Source: a virus
Reading direction: 5' to 3' (one strand)
IMG/VR virus record: IMGVR_UViG_3300048917_000249
Span: 1 to 47,747 of that record
Length of the DNA stretch: 47,747 nt
In this document: positions 1 to 8,192 of the stretch, piece by piece
Layout: every line of letters begins with the position of its first letter
Numbering within the stretch: the stretch's first letter is position 1
Program-made: the position numbers and the translations under genes
Notes under the pieces: model-generated
What the model was told of the DNA's origin: nothing
Database searches by the model: none
The model's input: the letters and a program-made list of their open reading frames with translations, nothing else

Positions 1-127
1 CCCTGCAGCAGGCGCGCAACCGCCGCAACCTGGCAGAGCACCCGGCCGAGACGCCGATACTCAACACCGTCGGTGCTGTCGCCACCGCGCCGCTCACCGC
101 GCTGCGCGGCCTCGGCATTGGCTCGCT
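1..127. repeat. 127-bp terminal direct repeat, identical to 47621..47747 (circular-closure overlap)
   Basis: Read directly: ccctgcagcaggcgcgcaacc...ggcattggctcgct is present at both ends of the window. Confidence 0.95.
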
Positions 128-1679
128 GCTCGGCAACGTCGGGATCGACACCGCGGCCTCGGCAGTCCGTGGCGCCAGCCAGGCGCCGGATCTTCGCGAT
201 ACCGGCGCGGTCGCCAAGGGCGCCGAGCAAGATGCCGGCATGACGCTGCCGTTCTCGTTAGCCGCCAACACGCTGGTCCGCAGCTTGGGTCCATATACGC
301 AGGCAATTCCGGCGATCGCCCGCGCCGCCGAGGCGCTCGGCATCAAGCTGCCGTTCTTCGCCCAGGCCGAGAGCCCAGCCGTGCAGCAAGCCGGCCGGAT
401 CTATGCCCAGCACAATCTCAGCTCACCGCTCAACAAGGCCTGGACCGGCGCCAACACCGCCACCGAAACCAAAGCAGCCGACCTTGCCAACCGCGCCGCC
501 GGGTCAACCGAAGTCGGATTAGCGCCCTATGCGGCCGGGTCGACCGTGAACCCGGCGCTACAAGGCTCGATCGATGCGGCCCAGGCCGAAAAGGGCCGGC
601 TCAGCGATCAGATCACCAACCTACTCCCGCAATCGTCGGGGCCATCTGGGCAGGCGCCGCGCTTTGACTTCCCGGGTATGCGGAGCACGACAGACGCAAT
701 GGTCCGCGAGCGGGTCGGCATGGGTAAGAGCCCAACCCAGGCCGAAGCTGGCCTTGGTGATCAACTCAGGTTCAGCAATCGGCCGCCTCCGACCGCACAG
801 ACGCAGGGGCCGTGGGGTCAAGCCGGCGGCTCAACCTGGCAGGAATCAGCGCACCACGCCACCGACCTGGGCCAACGCCTGGGGCAGTCGCCAATCCTGC
901 CGCGCGAGGTCGACGACGCCCGCCTCGGCACAATCTACGCAGCACTGCGCGGCGACCAGCGCAGCATCATGCAGCAGCAGGGTTCGCCTGGCGCGCTGTC
1001 GGCATTCGACGCCAACGTGGCGCAGCAGAAGGCGATATCCGACGGCCAGCGGGCGCTCGGCGATGTCATGAAGGATCGCCCCGAGGCGGTGATCAACCTG
1101 GTTCACAACGCGGCCACGACCAAAGGCTCCGGTACCGACATCAACGCGCTCAATGCCGTGATCGGCGGCCTGGGCGCGGCCGAACGTCGTGTGTTAGGCG
1201 GCGGCGTGCTCGGCAAGATCGTCAACGATTCCGGCGGGTCACCGGCGAAGATCGCCAGCGCACTGGACGCCATGCCGGACAGCGCACGCGCCATACTATT
1301 CCCGCCTGGCACCAGACTGGGCAGCGACGTCGACAACCTGCTCACGGTGTCGCGCCAGGTCGGCAACGTGAATAGTCTGCAGGCCGTCGGCTCGCACGCG
1401 ACAGTGCCGAAGATGGACATCAAGGGGTATGGCGGCCTCGGCAGCGCCACCGCGGCCACCGCCGGACTGGGTTGGCTGCTCGGAATGCCGAAGACCTTCG
1501 GCGCCATCGCCGGCGCCGGCGCCGGCGCGTCCGAATTATACAAGCGCACCGCACTGCCATACCTGATGCAGCACGGTCTGTCGCCGCAGACGTCGGAAGC
1601 CATCGCTGCCGCAACCCGCGGCGGGGCGCGTGCAGTGCCGCAAATATTCGACGCCACGCCATTCGGAAGGCAGCGGTGA
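1..1679 (+). CDS. C-terminal part of a wrap-around large internal virion (ejection) protein, continuing from 47164..47747
   Basis: The frame starting at base 3 is open with no stop and runs into track ORF 240..1679. It has the same codon phase as ATG 47164 once the 127-bp overlap is collapsed. It sits among other large internal proteins. Confidence 0.8.
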   Translation, partial: LQQARNRRNLAEHPAETPILNTVGAVATAPLTALRGLGIGSLLGNVGIDTAASAVRGASQAPDLRDTGAVAKGAEQDAGMTLPFSLAANTLVRSLGPYTQAIPAIARAAEALGIKLPFFAQAESPAVQQAGRIYAQHNLSSPLNKAWTGANTATETKAADLANRAAGSTEVGLAPYAAGSTVNPALQGSIDAAQAEKGRLSDQITNLLPQSSGPSGQAPRFDFPGMRSTTDAMVRERVGMGKSPTQAEAGLGDQLRFSNRPPPTAQTQGPWGQAGGSTWQESAHHATDLGQRLGQSPILPREVDDARLGTIYAALRGDQRSIMQQQGSPGALSAFDANVAQQKAISDGQRALGDVMKDRPEAVINLVHNAATTKGSGTDINALNAVIGGLGAAERRVLGGGVLGKIVNDSGGSPAKIASALDAMPDSARAILFPPGTRLGSDVDNLLTVSRQVGNVNSLQAVGSHATVPKMDIKGYGGLGSATAATAGLGWLLGMPKTFGAIAGAGAGASELYKRTALPYLMQHGLSPQTSEAIAAATRGGARAVPQIFDATPFGRQR

Positions 1680-1680
1680 C

Positions 1681-4623
1681 ATGGCCTACATGGATGAAAT
1701 GGCGCTGGAGCGGGAGAAGTCCCGGCAGGCCATGATCGCCGGCAAGACGCCGATGTTTGGCGCCGATACCACGGCGGCCATGCACCAGCTCGGCATCAGC
1801 CTGGGTGTGATCCCGCCAGGCACGCCGCCGAGCCAGACCACCCAGGTGCTGGAGGGGCTGCTCAAGGGTGGCGGACTGGGCAAGATCAAGGTCGACGAGG
1901 CCACCCCACTCCAGGTGCCGACCCTGGCCGGCCGGATGACGGCGTCGCTGGCGCCGCACGGCCAGGCCGACGACGGCACCGGCGCCACGCTCGGTGCCAT
2001 ATTCAAGGGCGCCTCGGACAGTGCACTGCAACAGATGCTCCGCAACCAGCAGCGGCAGCAGGGACCAACGGCACCCGCCGGACCGGGGCCGGTGCAGGGG
2101 CCATACCGACCTGGGCCAGGCGCTAACCGGGCCAGGTTGAATGCACCGATGGCGCCGTCAGCCGCGGGCCCCGGTTACCAGGCCGACCTGGCCTACCTGC
2201 AAGAACGCGGCGGCCACCACAGCGTGCTGAAGGACGGCAAGATCGTTGACGCGCCGCTGACCCAGGCCGGCGGCTACAAGCAGATCGACCCCGAGCTCGC
2301 CGCCAGACTGCGCGCCGCCGGCGAGGCCTATGAGAAACAGAACCCAGGACAGAAGGCCCAATACGGCGAGTTCTCTCGCGGCGAAGACGTCCAGAAGATC
2401 TACCGCGACAGGTACGAAGCCGGCACCGGCGGCATCGCCGCCAGGCCGGGTGGCTCCCAACACCAGCACGGCGGCGCCGGCGACCTGCCGGATAGCGGTT
2501 TCAGGAAGTGGCTGTACGCCGGCAACCAGGACCAATTCGGACTCCACTTCCCGGTCAAAGGCGACGCCCCGCACGTCCAAGCCAACCCGGCTTACAAAGG
2601 GCAACCATTCTCTCAGCCAGCCCCGGCAGCGGGTGCGACACCGGCAGCGGGCGCGGCACCAGCCGGAGGCAATGCCGCTGGCGTGCCGCCGGAGCTATCG
2701 GCCTGGGTCGCCAAGAAAGAGAACTTCACCGACAAAGCCTTCGCCGATTACGGCGGTACCAACATCGGCTACGGCACGGCCGCCAACGGCCGCACCAGCA
2801 TCGACGAGCCGACCGCCCGCGCGGAAATGAATGCCGAGCTGAGCAAGCACCTGGCGACGATCGACGCGCTCAACCCGAACACCCCACCAGCAATCCGAAA
2901 CTCCCTGGCTTCGCTCGGCTTCAACACCGGCGGCGCGGCCCTCAAAGGCACCGGCCTGGCCGCCGCGGTGAAGGCCGGCGATTGGGCCAAGGCCAAAGAG
3001 ATCTTCATGCAGTATGACAAAGTCACCGACAGCGCCGGCAACAAAAAGCCGCTGCACGGCCTGACCATCCGCCGCGGCCAGGAGGCGCAAGCCTTCGACA
3101 ATCCGAACTTCTACAAAGACCCCAAGGCTGGGACGACGGCGGCACAGGATTGGGGTGGCAAGCAACATCCGGCGGCGCAACCCACAGCTCCTGCACAGGC
3201 TACTCCACAGGCTGCGGTACAGCCTGCGGCACCGGCGGCACCGGCTACGGAGCCCGCCAAGGCCGATGCCACGGTTGCTCCACAGGCTTCTCCACAGCTC
3301 GGTCCGTCTGGAGAAGAACCATTGCTGCCGGAAACGCCGGCGGATACACCAGCAACACCTGCGACACCGCCGGCCGCGCCGGCACCAGCTCCCGTGGCCG
3401 CGTCCCCAACCGCAGCACCGGCAGCGGCGGCGCCGGTTCCGCCCCCCGTGGCAGCTCCCCCTGTTGCAGAAGCGGTAAAACCGGCGCCGCCAGCGCCGCC
3501 GCCGGCGCCCGCGCCACCGCCGAAACCTGCGGCGCCCGCGGTCAACCCAGCCCATGCCATCCTCGACACCAAGATTGGCGACCTGGTGAAGCGCGGCGGT
3601 ACGCCGGCGCAGGCCGCGCAGGTGCCGGGCTGGATCGCCAATAAAACCCTGCGCGAGGGAATGAACATGCCCATAGTCGGCGGCCAGATCGCCGCCGGGG
3701 TGGAGCCGTACTTCGGCAAGATGGGCATCACCAAGCAGCAGTTTGACCAGGCCGTGAAGGAAGGTCCACCGAAGGCGGCGACGCTCGGCAAACGCAGTGA
3801 CCTCGGTACCTCGGACGCCACCGATTTCAGCGCCGCGCGCCGTCGGCCGGTGGACCCCAATGCAGCAACCCTGGATCCACTCCAACAGAAGCCGGTACAG
3901 AACGCCGACGGCTCAATCTCGACCGTGCGGACGATTGGCATCGAGGACCAAGGCAAGGAGGTTAACATCCCGACCGTGCCGCCCGAGGGTGGGAAGATCA
4001 TGTCGAATGCCGAGGCCGAGCAACGCTACCGCGACACCGGCAAGCACCTCGGCAAGTTCGATTCGGTCGAGGCGGCCGGCGCCGCCGCGGAGAAGCTGCA
4101 CCAGGACGAGGCGTCACGGATCTCCGAGCAACCGCAGGGTCAGCAGCCGGCGATGACGCCGGAGATTGCCAAGGCCCTGACCGACGCTTTCAAGGATCAG
4201 GACCGGGTAGCGCCGAATGCACCACCAACGTCGACACCGGCGGATGCGTTGCCGGTGCTGCCGGCGCAGCCCGCCGGACCCGCATCCGGTGGCGGGCTGT
4301 CGCTGGCACCCGCCGGTTTGAGCTCGATCCCGACCGGGGCGCTGCCGACCGGCGCACCGGGTAGCCAGGGCGGCGGCATCGCCATGGCCGGCATGCTGCC
4401 GCCGATCGAGAACAGCACCTACTCGACGCCGCTGCTCGACACCGCGGCAGCGAACCGTTCAAGCTTCGGCGCGCCCGGCCTGTCACCGATACCGATGCAG
4501 ACGCTGGGTGGCTGGGGCTGGGGTGGCGGCGGCAACATCGGTGCCGGGCTGGACTGGGGCGGTGGCTTCGACTTCGGCAGCGGCTCGAGTTCTATGCCGA
4601 TTATTGGCGGAGGCGGCTGGTAG
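1681..4623 (+). CDS. Large internal virion/ejection protein with M15-like peptidase and GH24 lysozyme-like domains
   Basis: ATG 1681 lies 2 nt after the upstream stop. SQHQHGGAGD...DAPH matches the zinc DD/LD-peptidase pattern (~2200-2590). KKENFTDKAFADYGGTNIGYG...RRGQEAQAF is lysozyme-like (~2690-3100). A Pro/Ala linker spans ~3170-3540, and the C-terminus is Gly/Trp-rich. Confidence 0.75.
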   Translation: MAYMDEMALEREKSRQAMIAGKTPMFGADTTAAMHQLGISLGVIPPGTPPSQTTQVLEGLLKGGGLGKIKVDEATPLQVPTLAGRMTASLAPHGQADDGTGATLGAIFKGASDSALQQMLRNQQRQQGPTAPAGPGPVQGPYRPGPGANRARLNAPMAPSAAGPGYQADLAYLQERGGHHSVLKDGKIVDAPLTQAGGYKQIDPELAARLRAAGEAYEKQNPGQKAQYGEFSRGEDVQKIYRDRYEAGTGGIAARPGGSQHQHGGAGDLPDSGFRKWLYAGNQDQFGLHFPVKGDAPHVQANPAYKGQPFSQPAPAAGATPAAGAAPAGGNAAGVPPELSAWVAKKENFTDKAFADYGGTNIGYGTAANGRTSIDEPTARAEMNAELSKHLATIDALNPNTPPAIRNSLASLGFNTGGAALKGTGLAAAVKAGDWAKAKEIFMQYDKVTDSAGNKKPLHGLTIRRGQEAQAFDNPNFYKDPKAGTTAAQDWGGKQHPAAQPTAPAQATPQAAVQPAAPAAPATEPAKADATVAPQASPQLGPSGEEPLLPETPADTPATPATPPAAPAPAPVAASPTAAPAAAAPVPPPVAAPPVAEAVKPAPPAPPPAPAPPPKPAAPAVNPAHAILDTKIGDLVKRGGTPAQAAQVPGWIANKTLREGMNMPIVGGQIAAGVEPYFGKMGITKQQFDQAVKEGPPKAATLGKRSDLGTSDATDFSAARRRPVDPNAATLDPLQQKPVQNADGSISTVRTIGIEDQGKEVNIPTVPPEGGKIMSNAEAEQRYRDTGKHLGKFDSVEAAGAAAEKLHQDEASRISEQPQGQQPAMTPEIAKALTDAFKDQDRVAPNAPPTSTPADALPVLPAQPAGPASGGGLSLAPAGLSSIPTGALPTGAPGSQGGGIAMAGMLPPIENSTYSTPLLDTAAANRSSFGAPGLSPIPMQTLGGWGWGGGGNIGAGLDWGGGFDFGSGSSSMPIIGGGGW

Positions 4624-4652
4624 CCTAAAATTTTTTTAGGATTTTCAACCTG
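4624..4652 (+). promoter_or_regulatory. Conserved A/T-tract + GGATTTTCAACCT box, copy A (possible weak terminator or protein-recognition site)
   Basis: AAAATTTTTT-TA-GGATTTTCAACCT sits directly after stop 4621-4623, with an AT-rich palindrome cctaaaa/ttttagg. Nearly the same string occurs at 32652..32680. Confidence 0.45.
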
Positions 4653-4658
4653 GCCCCG

Positions 4659-4871
4659 TCACGTCACCACGATCGCCTTGTGAATGATGTCAACGATCGC
4701 CGGCGGGCAGTCGGGCGTATTCTCAATCTCGGATAACGCATTCAGCAAGCGGACGATGACAACGCGCTTGGCGCTGCTCTCGGCCTTGGCCTGGAGCACC
4801 TCATCCTTCAGCGCCATCATCTGCTCGATCGCATGCGCGTAGCTGTTCGGCTTGTCGTCCCAGGTGCTCAT
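4659..4871 (-). CDS. hypothetical protein (70 aa)
   Basis: Track ORF. Its start overlaps the stop of the upstream gene (4868-4871) within the minus-strand gene train. Confidence 0.6.
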   Translation of the reverse strand: MSTWDDKPNSYAHAIEQMMALKDEVLQAKAESSAKRVVIVRLLNALSEIENTPDCPPAIVDIIHKAIVVT

Positions 4872-5167
4872 TTAAACCGCTCTTCGCGAGACTCCCAATC
4901 GTCATCCGGCGCGTCATCCGGCGCGTCATCCGACGCGTCGTCGACCAGCTCGAAGTTGTCCTCGAAGTACTGCTTCGCCAGCAGCCACTGATCGGCATGG
5001 TTCTTCGGGTTGCGCGCGATCATGTCACCGGCCTTCGGTGAGCCGGCCTTCTTGTCCTCCTCAGAAATACTAACTTTTATCATGCTCTCGCCGGGGCGGA
5101 ACTCACCCGGTTGATAGGGCCGAAGCTCCGCAATCTGCTTGCGACGGTATTGCTTAAAGCCAGTCAT
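4868..5167 (-). CDS. hypothetical phage protein with an acidic DDAP-repeat tail
   Basis: Track ORF. The motif GDMIARNPKNHADQWLLAKQYFEDNF recalls a widespread phage family of unknown function. The C-terminus is encoded by a 12-nt tandem repeat. Confidence 0.7.
   Translation of the reverse strand: MTGFKQYRRKQIAELRPYQPGEFRPGESMIKVSISEEDKKAGSPKAGDMIARNPKNHADQWLLAKQYFEDNFELVDDASDDAPDDAPDDDWESREERFK
4901..4936 (-). repeat. 3 x 12-nt in-frame tandem repeat (gtcatccggcgc) encoding DDAP units
   Basis: Read directly: gtcatccggcgc, gtcatccggcgc, gtcatccgacgc. Confidence 0.9.
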
Positions 5168-5203
5168 GCTTGCCTCTCCTATGTAACGTCGGCGCGATTG
5201 GTT

Positions 5204-5395
5204 TCATTCGACTTCATCGGGCTTAAGCTTTAGCCGCACCATCAGCCTCAGCAGCTTGGCGACCGGCTCCGGTACGGGGTATTCCCCTAGCGCCCAGCCC
5301 TGCGAGGTCCGCCGTCCAACCCCCAGCCAGTCCCCGGCCCTCTCTTGCGAGAGGCCGAGGCGGTCTATGGCGGTCTTGTATTGAGCGGGGGTCAC
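5204..5395 (-). CDS. small HTH DNA-binding protein (XRE-like, 63 aa)
   Basis: The GTG start overlaps the upstream TGA (GTGA). LGLSQERAGDWLGVGRRTSQGW is helix-turn-helix-like. It is a paralogue of the C-terminal part of 20399..20773. Confidence 0.6.
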   Translation of the reverse strand: MTPAQYKTAIDRLGLSQERAGDWLGVGRRTSQGWALGEYPVPEPVAKLLRLMVRLKLKPDEVE

Positions 5396-5568
5396 GCCGC
5401 ATCCCTTTCGAGGAACTCGGCAAGGCGCTGCACCGCTTCCTTCTTTGTCCTGTACGGGCCAGCGTATGTTCCGCCGCTCTTCACGTAGTAGATGTTCCAA
5501 AGACCGTTGTACCAATCCTTGCGAACTTCGACTTCCAGACCGCAGATCGTCGGGGTTGCTTTGGTCAT
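5392..5568 (-). CDS. hypothetical protein (58 aa)
   Basis: Internal ATG (MTKATPTICG...) preceded by GGAGcaagcaa; the longer track ORF would start at a GTG without an RBS. Confidence 0.55.
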   Translation of the reverse strand: MTKATPTICGLEVEVRKDWYNGLWNIYYVKSGGTYAGPYRTKKEAVQRLAEFLERDAA

Positions 5569-5643
5569 TTGCTTGCTCCGTTGTTGGTATGTCCAACATA
5601 CGCTAATTCTGCGTATACGCAAGTCCCGCGTAATCACTTAATA

Positions 5644-5976
5644 TTACAGCCTAATCCGGTTCCCGGTCCATCTAACCCTTGATTTCTCTGGGCTATCGCC
5701 ACGGTTGACGTTCTCGCTATAGGTCACAATTTCTAAATGGTCGGGGTTTACGCATGCCGGATTCCGGCAGATGTGGTCCAAGCATAGCCCATCAGGTATC
5801 GGCCCGCGCTCTATGCTGTAGACGACCCGGTGGGCGTTCTGGACCTTGTTCTTGCCGTTCACGGGGAAACGGGCGGTCCCGTATCCACTTGCACTATGCG
5901 CCCCAGACCATAGCCAGCAGCCAGTATTCGGCTCTGGGTGGATGCGCGAATAAATTCGGTCAATATATTTCTGCAT
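5644..5976 (-). CDS. HNH homing-type endonuclease
   Basis: ATG 5976 is preceded by AGGAGGaacgacg. Motifs: SGYG...HRVVY...LCLDHICRNPACVNPDHLEIVTYSENVNR (HNH_3-like). The local DNA is AT-richer. Confidence 0.85.
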   Translation of the reverse strand: MQKYIDRIYSRIHPEPNTGCWLWSGAHSASGYGTARFPVNGKNKVQNAHRVVYSIERGPIPDGLCLDHICRNPACVNPDHLEIVTYSENVNRGDSPEKSRVRWTGNRIRL

Positions 5977-6022
5977 CGTCGTTCCTCCTGCAACCAATCC
6001 CGCCGCCCGTAGTGACGCCAAG

Positions 6023-6205
6023 TTAAGGCGCTCGGCCAATGTACCCGCCGCACTCCCCAGGTGCGGCGACCTCAACCCGATAGTTCAGCGGGCCGACGCG
6101 CCAGAGAATCCATTTCGATCCGTAGTTCTGGTGTGCCCACGCGAACCAAGCCATGCCGTCGCTCGGCCAGCGCCAGTAAAAAACTCGTTCCGGTCGTCTC
6201 GCCAT
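6023..6205 (-). CDS. hypothetical protein (60 aa)
   Basis: ATG 6205 is preceded by AGGAGAcaaccg; the longer track ORF begins with TTG. Confidence 0.5.
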   Translation of the reverse strand: MARRPERVFYWRWPSDGMAWFAWAHQNYGSKWILWRVGPLNYRVEVAAPGECGGYIGRAP

Positions 6206-6310
6206 CGGTTGTCTCCTATTGACGCCAAGTATGTGGGGCACCTTTCTGGGTCGTTTAAGATTGGCTCTGCCGAACGGGCCAATCCCCCACTTGCTTGCGA
6301 TCAATGCGGG

Positions 6311-6619
6311 CTAGGCGACCGCCAGCCGCGCCTTGTGCTTCTCAACCACCTTGGCCAGTTTCTCGACAACGCGCCGATCTAGCTTATCGCCCTCGATGCC
6401 GAAGCACTTGGCGAGTAGTTCGAGATAGACCCGAATATCGGCAATCTCGTCCTTCACTTCCTCGGACAGGTCGGCACCGTCGCGCCAACGTTTCTTAATC
6501 ATGTTGGCAAGCTCGCCAGCCTCACCGCATAGCGCGAGCGCAAGGAACCGTTCGTCGCTGTTCGAGTAGGCCGGGAATAGATGGCCGGTCATCTTTTCGT
6601 GCAGGGCATAAAGGTCCAT
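6311..6619 (-). CDS. mazG: MazG-like nucleotide pyrophosphohydrolase
   Basis: LALALCGEAGELANMIKK ... EIADIRVYLELLA is the EAGE/E..D metal-binding helix pattern of the all-alpha NTP-PPase (MazG) family. Confidence 0.75.
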   Translation of the reverse strand: MDLYALHEKMTGHLFPAYSNSDERFLALALCGEAGELANMIKKRWRDGADLSEEVKDEIADIRVYLELLAKCFGIEGDKLDRRVVEKLAKVVEKHKARLAVA

Positions 6620-6684
6620 TTCCGTCTCTCCTGTTGCGACTAGGTGCTTGTGTTTCCAACAAATTTAGACGTGCTTGCTCACCA

Positions 6685-6894
6685 TTAACGGTCAGGGCTT
6701 TCGCCATAGCCGTGTGAACTTTGTTCAGACAGCGCCGCGTAAAACCCCCGCCACCACTCCAAATTCATCGCCTGTTCGACCGCGACTAGAACCCTGTCAT
6801 CGTACCCTTGACCGGCAGGGATACGCGCGAGCAACTGACGGGCGTCAACTCGTGGGATGGCCTCAAGCTGTTCTTTCGTCATTGGCGTCCTCAT
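6685..6894 (-). CDS. hypothetical protein (69 aa)
   Basis: Track ORF in the minus-strand gene train. Confidence 0.55.
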   Translation of the reverse strand: MRTPMTKEQLEAIPRVDARQLLARIPAGQGYDDRVLVAVEQAMNLEWWRGFYAALSEQSSHGYGESPDR

Positions 6895-6904
6895 AGAGTG
6901 GCGG

Positions 6905-7126
6905 TCAGTGGTCGAGACGTGGATTGGCCGCCCTTAGTCTCGCAAGCCCACTCTCAAACTGCTTCATCACCTGTTCGACAGCGGTGCTGGTTCGGCCTTC
7001 TTTGAAGTCTTTGATCCTGTCGTTCAGGATCAATGCTTCGGCGTGGTCGCCAATGGCCGCAGCTTGGTCGCGCTGGCGGCGAAGATCAGCCAGAATAAGG
7101 TCGCGGTCTGATTTCTCGGTATCCAT
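6905..7126 (-). CDS. hypothetical protein (73 aa)
   Basis: Track ORF, predicted helical, in the minus-strand gene train. Confidence 0.6.
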   Translation of the reverse strand: MDTEKSDRDLILADLRRQRDQAAAIGDHAEALILNDRIKDFKEGRTSTAVEQVMKQFESGLARLRAANPRLDH

Positions 7127-7204
7127 TTTAAGCCTCCAACCTGATTTTGTGACACTGAGGGCGCATCAATCGAACCTAAGCGATTGCCGAGCGCACTCCC
7201 CGCA

Positions 7205-7244
7205 ATTAAAAGGGCCGCAACATCCGTGCTTGGAGTTGCGGCCC
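7205..7244 (-). terminator. rho-independent terminator after the PEP-CTERM-like gene
   Basis: On the minus strand: gggccgcaac - 13-nt loop - gttgcggccc, followed by TTTTAATT, 27 nt after the stop at 7271. Confidence 0.6.
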
Positions 7245-7270
7245 CGTTCACCTGATCGACCAAGCAATGA

Positions 7271-7993
7271 TCAGGCTACACTACGCCGACGCCGCTGACG
7301 CAACGCAACCAAACCACACAACGCAGCTACTAAGCCTGGCAATCCGGCGCCGGCGATCGGCAACGGCACTGCTGTCGCAGTCGGGTTGATGGTGTTGCCG
7401 CTGCCCGTCTCAAACAGTGCGCCCGAGTTGGCGGTAGCGACAGTACCGTCAAGGAAGCCGACGATGTACATACCCTGCGCGCCACGGTTCAAACTGAACG
7501 TCGGCGTGAAGGGGCCGTTCGGGCCGCTGAGAGTCTGTACGCCAAGATCAACTTGCAGCACATAGAACCCGGTCGCCGTCGGCAAGAAAACCTGCGACGC
7601 CGGCAGATAGGCGTCGATTGGGTTCGATGGACTGGCGGTCAGTCCGAGATAGGTGTCGAGGAAGCCCGACGTCCACGCGGTGGAAGAAAACAGCGAGAAG
7701 TTCTTGCTGCCGCCCGGAACAGTGCTGCCGGTGATGGTGACAGTGTTGGCCGGATTCACCGAAGCCGTGTTGGGCACCAGAATGTCCAGAACCAGATCGC
7801 CGGTCTGCGGACCGGGCGAAATGGTGAAACCGAAGTTAACCGGCGGATTGCTAGTGATCGGTGTGTTGGTGCCGTTGTCATTGCAAACAGCCGAGCAGAA
7901 TCCGTGCAGCGGATCTTCGATGGTGTCAGCATAGGAAGTCGTGGCGGCGCAGAGCAGCGCGCCCGCCACAAGTAAACGTCGCAATTGACTCAT
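7271..7993 (-). CDS. secreted protein with an N-terminal signal peptide and a PEP-CTERM/VPLPA-CTERM-like C-terminal sorting anchor
   Basis: N-terminus MSQLRRLLVAGALLCAATTSYA/DT. C-terminus AVPLPIAGAGLPGLVAALCGLVALRQRRRR, i.e. a P-x-P motif, a hydrophobic helix and an Arg cluster. Confidence 0.75.
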   Translation of the reverse strand: MSQLRRLLVAGALLCAATTSYADTIEDPLHGFCSAVCNDNGTNTPITSNPPVNFGFTISPGPQTGDLVLDILVPNTASVNPANTVTITGSTVPGGSKNFSLFSSTAWTSGFLDTYLGLTASPSNPIDAYLPASQVFLPTATGFYVLQVDLGVQTLSGPNGPFTPTFSLNRGAQGMYIVGFLDGTVATANSGALFETGSGNTINPTATAVPLPIAGAGLPGLVAALCGLVALRQRRRRSVA

Positions 7994-8154
7994 TGGTGTG
8001 GTTCCTCTGTTGGGTGATCGTCTGATTTGACCGCAACGACTTTAGCACGCGCCTTCGGTTTTGCCTGCGGATCATGTTCCGCAATTTGATTGCGGACACG
8101 ATACACCTTGGCATCGGTCAACATCAGCTTGCGTAATTCGGCTTCTGAGTCCAT
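7990..8154 (-). CDS. small hypothetical protein (54 aa) translationally coupled to the PEP-CTERM-like gene
   Basis: Hand translation from ATG 8154: MDSEAELRKLMLTDAKVYRVRNQIAEHDPQAKPKARAKVVAVKSDDHPTEEPHQ*. Its TGA overlaps ATG 7993 (ATGA). It falls below the track length cut-off. Confidence 0.5.
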   Translation of the reverse strand: MDSEAELRKLMLTDAKVYRVRNQIAEHDPQAKPKARAKVVAVKSDDHPTEEPHQ

Positions 8155-8161
8155 CGAACCG

Positions 8162-8189
8162 ACTATAAATCAAATATTCTGAGAAGCAA
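8162..8189 (-). promoter_or_regulatory. sigma70-like promoter (TTGCTT-16-TATAGT) driving the 8154 gene; the transcript would be near-leaderless
   Basis: Minus strand: -35 at 8184-8189 and -10 at 8162-8167. The ATG lies 7 nt after the -10. Confidence 0.45.
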
Positions 8190-8192
8190 CGC

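Noticed and set aside
1-127. The terminal repeat as a biological direct terminal repeat of the virion DNA
   Set aside because: The length is exactly 127 nt and the repeat cuts through the middle of a coding sequence. This is the typical signature of assembler k-mer overlap on a circular contig. Read data would be needed to settle it.
5204-5599. Full 131-aa track ORF as the HTH gene
   Set aside because: The N-terminal two thirds overlap the better-supported 5392..5568 gene out of frame and look like alternative-frame translation. A GTG overlapping the upstream TGA gives a clean 63-aa HTH protein.
7926-8114. 62-aa track ORF upstream of the PEP-CTERM-like gene
   Set aside because: A different frame gives a 54-aa ORF (7990..8154) with a proper ATG, better codon third-position bias and an ATGA coupling to the downstream gene. 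The track ORF overlaps the 7993 start out of frame and is Arg-rich.
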